DNA from: Phycisphaerales bacterium JB064
GTDB lineage: Bacteria; Planctomycetota; Phycisphaerae; Phycisphaerales; UBA1924
Assembly: GCA_044439825.1 (NCBI GenBank)
Contig: JBITAB010000092.1
Span: forward strand, 1-47,064
Length of the DNA stretch: 47,064 bases
Reading direction: 5' to 3'
Both the position numbers and the translations under genes were made by a program. The stretch's first letter is position 1; every line of letters starts with the position of its first letter. Under the pieces are notes generated by a model. It had not been told where the DNA came from. It saw nothing but the letters and a program-made list of their open reading frames with translations, and ran no database searches. Shown piece by piece: positions 14,767 to 21,283 of this stretch.

Positions 14767-15204
14767 TTAGTTGATGATCTCGTCGCTGGTGAACGGCTGG
14801 TATGGGAGCCAGACGCCTTTTTGGTCCAAGCACGGGTAGAGATGCCTTAGGTCATCCTCGGACGGCATGGCGCTCGGGGAGAGGTAGATGCACCGCAATC
14901 GGCACCCCCTGACCGCCTTGGGCGAGTTGGCGACGTAGAAGCCGGCCTGCCGCTGCGATTGGCCGAGTTCTTCGCAGATCCGTGCCGTGAGCGCTTTCTG
15001 GATCGCGCCGCCGAACTTCGTGAAGATCAGGACTCGCGGACCCCTTTGTCCGAACGAGCCATCGTCGTACTTCTTGATCGCTCCGACCATGCCGTCCAGA
15101 TCTGCGAGCTCGATCTCCAGCAATCGCTGCTGTTCTTTGGCCATCGCCTCGGCCGCGGCCTTGAAGGCCGGCACCCACTCGTTTTCCCACTCATGGTCGT
15201 CCAT
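14767..15204 (-). CDS. hypothetical protein (145 aa); positional candidate for the maintenance regulator
   Basis: These are the last 145 codons of track ORF 14767..15699 (MDDHEWENEWVPAFKAAAEAM...). TAGTAT (15215-15210) ends 5 nt before the ATG at 15204 and there is no SD, so it looks leaderless. It is divergent from the rightward promoter. ARICEELGQSQRQAGFYVAN is a possible HTH, but this is weak. Confidence 0.65.
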   Translation of the reverse strand: MDDHEWENEWVPAFKAAAEAMAKEQQRLLEIELADLDGMVGAIKKYDDGSFGQRGPRVLIFTKFGGAIQKALTARICEELGQSQRQAGFYVANSPKAVRGCRLRCIYLSPSAMPSEDDLRHLYPCLDQKGVWLPYQPFTSDEIIN

Positions 15205-15226
15205 ACAGAATACTATGGCGTAACGC

Positions 15227-15255
15227 TTGCCCTGTGTTGTTTGTAGCGGTACTCT
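15227..15255 (+). promoter_or_regulatory. rightward promoter candidate (TTGCCC-N17-TACTCT)
   Basis: The -35 is at 15227-15232 and the -10 at 15250-15255. The -35 is embedded in CGTAACGCTTGC, the same box as at 13592-13603. An AAGGAGAA SD and the ATG at 15294 lie downstream. Confidence 0.5.
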
Positions 15256-15293
15256 TGGTAGCAAGGGACGGATGGCACTCAAGGAGAACGCAG

Positions 15294-15629
15294 ATGACGA
15301 ACTCGAGCGATGTTGGTGTTGACGGCGGGCCTGTGATCGGTCCTGACCCTGTTGGCGAGATCGAGCCTGTGGAGCCCAAGGGGACGATCGGGCCGCGTGA
15401 CCCTGTTGGCGGTCTGGCTCAGCCTGATCCCTCTGGCATCGCCAACGGGACGTGGTGGGGCGTTCTGTCGCCGACCTCGCGTGGCCAGTTGGCCTGGGTC
15501 GAGGATGGCGGGCAGCCCTGCCTGTATTCGGAGCCTGGGAAGGCCGTGATGGCGAGCAAGGGTCTGCAGGGCGCTCATGTGTGCTCTGTGACCCTGACGC
15601 CTGGGCCTGCGTTCCAGAGCGACGGCTGA
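15294..15629 (+). CDS. hypothetical protein, first gene of the rightward unit
   Basis: This is the inner part of track ORF 15234..15629. The ATG at 15294 is preceded by AAGGAGAACGCAG. The N-terminus is P/G/D-rich and the C-terminal half is compact. Confidence 0.65.
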   Translation: MTNSSDVGVDGGPVIGPDPVGEIEPVEPKGTIGPRDPVGGLAQPDPSGIANGTWWGVLSPTSRGQLAWVEDGGQPCLYSEPGKAVMASKGLQGAHVCSVTLTPGPAFQSDG

Positions 15630-15642
15630 ACTCTCTCTCTGT

Positions 15643-15724
15643 CTGGCTTCGTCCTGCGTGCCCCCTGGGTCTCCATTCCCTCGACGCAGTGGACGACAAG
15701 GTGGTTCGAGCCCATCTGGCCAGC
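15643..15724 (+). ncRNA. tRNA-like element A (non-canonical)
   Basis: The T-arm is GGTGG-TTCGAGC-CCATC (15700-15716). Acceptor-like pairing joins CTGGCTT (15643-15649) to TGGCCAG (15717-23) at 6 of 7 positions. A single long bulged hairpin (15651-15659 with 15684-15694) replaces the D and anticodon arms. Confidence 0.25.
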
Positions 15725-15891
15725 TTCGCCCGCTCTGCGTGCCGTGATGCCTCGTCGCGTAGAGCACGTCCCGACCTCTGGGGAACCAGTCTCGGGGCTT
15801 TTCAACACTTCGCCCCGTTGGGCAGGCCGAAGCAGGAGCGGCCTGCGTTGAGGGCGAGCGTAGGGGCCGAGTTGATGAGGTGCCTCTCACG

Positions 15892-15996
15892 CCGGGTACG
15901 TCAAGGACCGGCAATGTCCCGACTCCAGCGAAGGCTGGCTCGGGGCTTTGGACAAGAAAGTGCGCGCAGGTGCTGGTTCGAATCCGGCCGCCCGGA
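15892..15996 (+). ncRNA. tRNA-like element B (non-canonical, 105 nt) or tRNA 3'-fragment
   Basis: The T-arm GCTGG-TTCGAAT-CCGGC (15972-15988) is canonical. The acceptor 3' strand CGCCCGG pairs with CCGGGTA (15892-15898) at 6 of 7 positions. Three internal hairpins do not form a cloverleaf that I can fold by eye. Confidence 0.25.
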
Positions 15997-16035
15997 GAAT
16001 CCGGTGACGTGGTGTAAGGGTAGCACAGCGGCCAC

Positions 16036-16108
16036 GGCTCGCTAGCTCAACTGGTAGAGCGCCCGCCTGTCTAGCGGGAGGTTACGGGATCGAAGCCCGT
16101 GCGAGTCG
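16036..16108 (+). tRNA. tRNA-Asp (anticodon GTC)
   Basis: Cloverleaf folded by hand: acceptor GGCTCGC/GCGAGTC (one G-U), D-arm GCTC-AACTGGTA-GAGC, anticodon arm CCCGC-CTGTCTA-GCGGG, variable AGGTT, T-arm ACGGG-ATCGAAG-CCCGT. There are two unusual positions, a pyrimidine at 37 and an A at 54. No CCA is encoded. Confidence 0.75.
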
Positions 16109-16111
16109 CTT

Positions 16112-16182
16112 GGATCGGTAACTCAAAGGCAGAGAGCTGGTTCCTATCCGGCTTGTTGCAGGTTCGAGTCCTGCCCGATCCG
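16112..16182 (+). tRNA. tRNA-Arg (anticodon CCT)
   Basis: Acceptor GGATCGG/CCGATCC is perfect. The anticodon arm is GCTGG-TTCCTAT-CCGGC, the variable loop is TTGTT, and the T-arm is GCAGG-TTCGAGT-CCTGC. The D-arm is short (3 bp). It starts 3 nt after tRNA-Asp. Confidence 0.75.
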
Positions 16183-16293
16183 TTCAGCCGATGCCGCAAC
16201 CGGGCCGGTTCGTGGCCGGCGAGCCCTCGGTTGTGTGACCCGGTGCGGTGGATGATGGTAGACAGTTTGGTGGAACAAACAAAGGAGCGAATC

Positions 16294-16944
16294 ATGGCAA
16301 CAACAAAGAAGGCAGAAGCGATCTCGATCCCGCGTCCGAACATTCAGCAAGTGACGTTTGGGGTCGTTGGTCTCGCGCCGTACGTCCAAAACAAGTTCAG
16401 CGAGAAGGCTCGCAACGAGATGCGCGAGAAGATGGAGGCTGGCCCGTCTGCCAAGAAGGGCAAGAAGCGCGACGCCAAGGACTTCAAGCAGTGCTACGAG
16501 CAGGCCATCCACTACAGCAAAGAAGGTTGGATCGGCATTCCTGCGCCAGCCTTCCGCAACGCGATGATCTCGGCCTGTCGGCTCGTCAACTTCACCATGA
16601 CGCGGGCCAAACTCAGCGTGTTCGTCGAGCCCGACGGCTTCGACCGAGACGACGGCACTCCGCTGGTCCGCATCACCAAGGGTGAGCCGCGATACGTCGA
16701 ACACATGGTTCGCAATGCAACTGGTGTCGCGGACATTCGGCCTCGACCCATGTGGGACGCCGGCTGGGAGGCCAGTGTGACCGTTCGATTTGACGGCGAT
16801 CAGTTCACGCCGATCGACGTTGCCAACCTGCTCTCTCGTGCGGGCCAGCAGGTCGGCATCGGAGAAGGCCGGCCGGATAGCAAGGCCAGCACCGGCCAGG
16901 GCTGGGGCTTGTTCCTGCTGCAGGAGGGCGAGGGCGATGAGTAA
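16294..16944 (+). CDS. conserved phage protein of unknown function
   Basis: This is the inner part of track ORF 16099..16944. The ATG at 16294 is preceded by AAAGGAGCGAATC. The protein is 216 aa and looks globular (…GIPAPAFRNAMISACR…VGIGEGRP…GWGLF). Confidence 0.8.
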   Translation: MATTKKAEAISIPRPNIQQVTFGVVGLAPYVQNKFSEKARNEMREKMEAGPSAKKGKKRDAKDFKQCYEQAIHYSKEGWIGIPAPAFRNAMISACRLVNFTMTRAKLSVFVEPDGFDRDDGTPLVRITKGEPRYVEHMVRNATGVADIRPRPMWDAGWEASVTVRFDGDQFTPIDVANLLSRAGQQVGIGEGRPDSKASTGQGWGLFLLQEGEGDE

Positions 16945-17362
16945 GACGCTGACTGCTGAACTCGAAAAGATCCGGGTTATGTCTCCGGATGGTGTGCTTC
17001 GACCGGCAGCCGTGGTCGAGTATGCACGCGACCACCCAGAAAGCCCGCTGCACAGCAGGTTTGACTGGAACAAGGACGTTGCGGCCGAGCGATGGCTTCT
17101 GCATCAGGCCCAGGAATTGATTCGCGTGGCCGTGACGTACATCGGTGACGGGCCGAAGACAGTTCGCGCGTTCGTGTCTCTCGATCAGGATCGGGAGAAG
17201 GGCGGCGGGTATCGGTCAACGGCCGAGGTCGCTGCAAACGACGCGCTGCGAGAGGCGATGCTATCGCAGGCCAAGCGTGATGCAGAGTCGTTCGTTCGGA
17301 AGTACAAGGGCCTTGAGGAGTACGCCGAGGCGGTTGCATCGCTTCGTCGCGCGGCAGGCTAG
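16937..17362 (+). CDS. conserved phage protein of unknown function
   Basis: This is the inner part of track ORF 16790..17362. The ATG at 16937 overlaps the upstream stop (ATGAGTAA). The motif PLHSRFDWNKDVAAERWLLHQAQELIR is present. Confidence 0.75.
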   Translation: MSKTLTAELEKIRVMSPDGVLRPAAVVEYARDHPESPLHSRFDWNKDVAAERWLLHQAQELIRVAVTYIGDGPKTVRAFVSLDQDREKGGGYRSTAEVAANDALREAMLSQAKRDAESFVRKYKGLEEYAEAVASLRRAAG

Positions 17363-17660
17363 TCGAGGACGGGCCCGCACTGGCAAGGCTGGGATTGGCG
17401 GGCGAGGCAGGGCTGGGCACGACTGGGAACTGCAGGGCAAGGCAGGCGTGGAAGGGCGGGGCTTGGATAGGCGAGTCTGGGCAAGACATGGCAGGCGTGA
17501 CGTGGATGGGCTAGTCGAGTCGCAGCTAGGCGCGGACAGGCAATGCAACGCAGGCATGGCGAGTCATGAACAGGCGAGGTAGGCCAGGAGCGGCAGGCAT
17601 GGCATCGCTGGGCGGGGCGATTCGAGGCGCGGAGCGGCAAGTCGTTGCAGGCAACGTAAA
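17357..17660 (+). repeat. 300-nt G-rich, C-poor non-coding repeat region
   Basis: GGCTAGTCGAG occurs at 17357-17367 and 17509-17519. GCAGGCRTG occurs at 17442, 17491, 17550 and 17593. There are many GGCRAGGC-type units. A G3N1-7 x4 motif lies at about 17391-17417. No convincing ORF is present. Confidence 0.7.
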
Positions 17661-17671
17661 AGGAGTGGTTG

Positions 17672-18307
17672 ATGGCTGTTGAACTTTACGGGATTCGCCA
17701 GGACATGCTCAAATCCCTGCGCGGGGCGCTGTTCCCCGCCGGGCCTGAGATCACACGCGGGCTGCGAAAGCTCGTGGAGACCGAAAAGCAGATGATCCTG
17801 TGCGCGATGCGCGACGACTTCTCCGTCGAGCAGATCGCCGCGGCCATCGAGTGCCAGGACGTGATCGTCCAGCGCGTCCTCGATGAGTACAACAAGCAGG
17901 CTCCCAAGGGCAAGAAGATCAACCCGACCGGGAACGCCGGCGCTCGCGTCAACCCGATCCCGATCACCTATCGAGAGGTCGTGGACTGCATCAAGCGCTT
18001 CACGCACGGCGAGAGCATCCGGTCGCTCGCCGGCCGCTACAAGAACATGCAGACCAGGAAGCCCGTGACCGACGTGTACGTGCGCGAGATGCTGAAGCGT
18101 CAGGGCGTCTACGACACGAGCGAGGAGCGCAAGGCGATCCAGGATCGTCGCCGGCTGGTCTACGAGCTGACCGTTGGCGGCAAGACGCAGGAGGAGATCC
18201 GCCAAACGCTGGAGAAGAAGAAGATCAACATCAGCCTGAGCATGGTGGGTGCCGATCAGGCGTGGATTCGGAGGAACTGGCCCGATGGGCCCGACAAAGA
18301 GGAGTGA
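17672..18307 (+). CDS. multi-HTH DNA-binding protein
   Basis: Track ORF 17669..18307. The ATG at 17672 is preceded by AAAGGAGTGGTTG. Three HTH-like segments are present: FSVEQIAAAIECQDVIVQRVL, GESIRSLAGRY...VYVREMLKRQG, GGKTQEEIRQTLEKKKINISLSMV. Confidence 0.75.
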   Translation: MAVELYGIRQDMLKSLRGALFPAGPEITRGLRKLVETEKQMILCAMRDDFSVEQIAAAIECQDVIVQRVLDEYNKQAPKGKKINPTGNAGARVNPIPITYREVVDCIKRFTHGESIRSLAGRYKNMQTRKPVTDVYVREMLKRQGVYDTSEERKAIQDRRRLVYELTVGGKTQEEIRQTLEKKKINISLSMVGADQAWIRRNWPDGPDKEE

Positions 18308-18310
18308 GCC

Positions 18311-19075
18311 GTGGTGGGTTCATTTACGCTGGAGGAGTTGTTCGAGGCGTGTGTCCCTCTTGGGACGGTGGACGTGCCTCGTGAGGTGAAGGCTCGTGCG
18401 TGCCGCATGGCGATGCTGGAGGGATACACCAGAAACGTGACTGCGGCGCGTTGTGGTGTGTCCCCGTCGAGCGTGACCGCGTGGACCAGAGAGGTGGAGT
18501 TACGGATGGGTGTGGCGAAGTCGTACCGTCAGTCTGTCTCGGACGCCATTGAATCTGGCGATCAGCGGCTAATGGCGCACGACTACATCAACGCGACGCT
18601 CGCGGCTTTTGGGCTGTACGGCGACGAGTTTCGAGGTCGCGGGCGCGGGCGAGATGTCGTGCTGGCTCGCGTGGTCGCAGCATTTCTCTTGCGCAAGCAC
18701 ACGATTCTGAGCTTTCCAGAGATCGCATACGCGATGGGCCGACCGAATCACAGCAGCGTCATGACGATGATGGCGCGGTACGAGCGGGACAAGGAAAAGC
18801 CGATCGTGGTTGACGGCATCAAGACCACGCTGGCCGGTGCCGTCGAGATGGTCGAGAAGAAGCTGGGAGAGCATCGTGACGATCAACGTTCGCAAGGGCC
18901 CGCAGGGGAAGCAATATCAAGCGTGCGCCGGACAGGTGACGGGTGTGGACCGCGCCACATTCACACGGCCCCTCGTGCAAGAGGGATTGCGGACATCACA
19001 CAACGTGCGGTACGCATGGGCGAGCGACCCGTGGCTGGCGGCGGCTCGTGCGGTTACGAAGTTGAGGCGGGGTGA
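18311..19075 (+). CDS. DNA-binding protein with DnaA domain-IV-like C-terminal domain
   Basis: Track ORF with a GTG start. RGRDVVLARVVAAFLLRKHTILSFPEIAYAMGRPNHSSVMTMMARYE parallels E. coli DnaA domain IV ([47 protein letters not shown]). There is also an N-terminal HTH (TRNVTAARCGVSPSSVTAW). The last 65 or so codons have poor codon bias and overlap a better frame. Confidence 0.7.
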   Translation: MVGSFTLEELFEACVPLGTVDVPREVKARACRMAMLEGYTRNVTAARCGVSPSSVTAWTREVELRMGVAKSYRQSVSDAIESGDQRLMAHDYINATLAAFGLYGDEFRGRGRGRDVVLARVVAAFLLRKHTILSFPEIAYAMGRPNHSSVMTMMARYERDKEKPIVVDGIKTTLAGAVEMVEKKLGEHRDDQRSQGPAGEAISSVRRTGDGCGPRHIHTAPRARGIADITQRAVRMGERPVAGGGSCGYEVEAG

Positions 19076-19088
19076 GCCAAGTGACTGA
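18876..19088 (+). CDS. possible small protein (70 aa) in the +1 frame
   Basis: The GTG at 18876 is preceded by GGGAGAGCATC. Third-position GC is about 72%, against about 55% for the overlapping tail of the 18311 ORF (hand count). Confidence 0.4.
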   Translation: MTINVRKGPQGKQYQACAGQVTGVDRATFTRPLVQEGLRTSHNVRYAWASDPWLAAARAVTKLRRGEPSD

Positions 19089-19674
19089 CGCGCAGGGCAG
19101 CGGCGACATTATCGACCCAAGAGGGTCGGATGGACGGTTCCAGAAGGGGAATCAGGCGTACAAGAAGCGCGCTGTGGACCCGGAGACGAACCTACCGCTG
19201 CCCAAGGACGCGGGCATGGTCATCGTCCGCAAGTCTGACGGGACGCTCGAAAAGATCCCCCTGACGATCGCGCAGCTTGAGCGTGCGATGGCCGGTCGCA
19301 TCCTCGACCAGCACAAGGACTATCTGGAGGCCGAACGCCAGAAGATCCTCAGCGAAGCGGACGCACGAGCCAAGGCCATGTTCGACGACATGATCGAGCA
19401 GGCGGGCGGCGATCCGATGCGGCTGATCATGACGCGCGTGGCGACGCACGTGCAGACCGGCAAGATGATGCAGGTCGTCGATTCCATCTTCAACAAGGCG
19501 TCCGAAGGCAACGCCAAGGCGCAGGAGATGGTGCTGAAGCTGACGGCACAGATGGAGGAGTCGGCGAAGAATCGTGGTGGCGATTCGACCAAGGGCCTCA
19601 GCGATGAGGACCGCGCCGAGATGGATCGCGTTCTTGGTGACTACGCGGAGCCGGAGAAAGCCGACGACGCATAA
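19072..19674 (+). CDS. terminase small subunit candidate
   Basis: It lies immediately upstream of the large terminase. It has a basic N-terminal GSDGRFQKGNQAYKK motif, of a kind seen in many small-terminase-like proteins, then a helical body and an acidic C-terminus. The start is GTG 19072 or GTG 19081. Confidence 0.5.
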   Translation: MSQVTDAQGSGDIIDPRGSDGRFQKGNQAYKKRAVDPETNLPLPKDAGMVIVRKSDGTLEKIPLTIAQLERAMAGRILDQHKDYLEAERQKILSEADARAKAMFDDMIEQAGGDPMRLIMTRVATHVQTGKMMQVVDSIFNKASEGNAKAQEMVLKLTAQMEESAKNRGGDSTKGLSDEDRAEMDRVLGDYAEPEKADDA

Positions 19675-19727
19675 CCGCTCGCTCTGACAACCGAAAGCTG
19701 GTCGAGAGGATTCGCGGCAATCCCTCG

Positions 19728-21248
19728 ATGTTCATCGACTACATTTTTGGCTACCGCTCGTGCGAGATGCACAAGCAGATGCAGGCGGCGCTGAGCAGCA
19801 AGTTCCGCGTCGTGCGCATCATGGTTCCTCGCAACCACGGAAAAAGTCAGCAAGTCTCCATTGGTCGCGTCGCCTACGAGATCGGCCAGAACACCGACAA
19901 CCGAATCGGCATTATCCAGGCGTCCAAGGTCGATGCGATGGACACCTCGGGTGCTATTCGGCAGTTGCTCGAAAGCGATCGCTACCGGCAAATCTTCCCC
20001 AACGTCAAGAAGACGCGAGATTGGGGCAAGGAGAGCCTGACGGTCGAGCGGTCGCGAGTTGGCGACAAGAACCCAACGATCAAGAGCCTGCCGTGGAACG
20101 GCAACGCTGGATTCCGCACCGACATCCTGCTCGGCGACGACATGGAGAGCTTCCGCAACTCGATCCTCGAGCCCGCGACACGGCCGCAGGTCATCGAAGC
20201 GTGGAACAACATCTGGCTGCCGACGCTGGAGCCCGGTGGGCGCGAGTGGACCTGCTGTACGCCCTGGCACGTCGATGGGCAGGGCTGGACGTGGCGCAAG
20301 CAGGCTGAGGAAGCGCCAGATCAGATCCTGTTCTTCTTCCGAAAGTGCGACGGTACCGCGTCGAGCCCGTGGCCTGAGAAGTTCAGCCCAGAGCACCTGA
20401 AACTCGAACGCGCCAAGATGGGGCCGCTGGGCTACGCCCGCGCGTACCTCATGGAGCCTGGGTCGGGCACCGACACGCTCTTTGCCGAGGAATGGCTGGA
20501 TCGGTCTGGGTATTTGAACCCAAACGACGCCACGGGCGGCGTTCGGTGGATGACAACCGACAAGGCGTACAACGAGAAGGACGCGGGGATGAAGGGCCGC
20601 GGCGAGAAGCGCGGCGAGGGCGACCCGTGCGCCTACCTCGTGGCCGACGTGACCAGCCACGGCCAGGTCTTCTGCGTCGAGGCGGCCGAGTATCGCGGCG
20701 GGTTCGAGGCCCACATCAACCGGCTGGTGGATACCTGCAAGCGCCTGAAGGTCAAGCACGCGGACCTGGAGGCCAACGGCCCGCAGAAGGAATTGGCGCG
20801 TCAGGAGGCTCGGGCGCTGGAGGCCGTCGGCGTCACCTGCCACTTCCTCTACCGGGCCGACAAGATGGACAAGTACACGCGGGCGGCGTCGGTCCAGCCC
20901 GTGGCCGAGCAGGGGCGATTCCACCTGTTTGGCCAGCCCGGCGCGTGGCCGACAGGCATGGGCAAGATGCACCGCCAATTGACCGAGTTCCCCTACGCGG
21001 GCCACGACGACCTCGTGGACGTGGCGGTGGACATGATGGCCAAGGTGCGCGATTACGAGCCTCGCGCGTCGGAGATCGAGACGATCGTGGCCAGCGACGG
21101 GGCGAAGGCGCTGGACATCTTCCGGGCCAGCCACATCGAGCGCGAGCTCGACCTGCAGATCGCCCGGCAGAACGGCGGAGACGAGTGGGACGACTGGGAG
21201 CGGCAGATTCGTGATGGATATGACCCGTCCAGGGTTGACCGCTGGTAA
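19728..21248 (+). CDS. terL: terminase large subunit
   Basis: The protein is 506 aa. It has a Walker-A-like VPRNHGKSQ and a Walker-B-like ILLGDDMES. Nuclease-domain acidic motifs are AYLVADV and GHDDLVDVAVDMMA. Confidence 0.9.
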   Translation: MFIDYIFGYRSCEMHKQMQAALSSKFRVVRIMVPRNHGKSQQVSIGRVAYEIGQNTDNRIGIIQASKVDAMDTSGAIRQLLESDRYRQIFPNVKKTRDWGKESLTVERSRVGDKNPTIKSLPWNGNAGFRTDILLGDDMESFRNSILEPATRPQVIEAWNNIWLPTLEPGGREWTCCTPWHVDGQGWTWRKQAEEAPDQILFFFRKCDGTASSPWPEKFSPEHLKLERAKMGPLGYARAYLMEPGSGTDTLFAEEWLDRSGYLNPNDATGGVRWMTTDKAYNEKDAGMKGRGEKRGEGDPCAYLVADVTSHGQVFCVEAAEYRGGFEAHINRLVDTCKRLKVKHADLEANGPQKELARQEARALEAVGVTCHFLYRADKMDKYTRAASVQPVAEQGRFHLFGQPGAWPTGMGKMHRQLTEFPYAGHDDLVDVAVDMMAKVRDYEPRASEIETIVASDGAKALDIFRASHIERELDLQIARQNGGDEWDDWERQIRDGYDPSRVDRW

Positions 21249-21283
21249 CATTTGCGGCCTAGGCTTGGTACAAGGAGTACGCT

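Noticed and set aside
16001-16035. D-arm-like segment GTGT-AAGGGTA-GCAC suggesting another tRNA between element B and tRNA-Asp
   Set aside because: No anticodon arm or acceptor partner can be formed, and the candidate would overlap tRNA-Asp.
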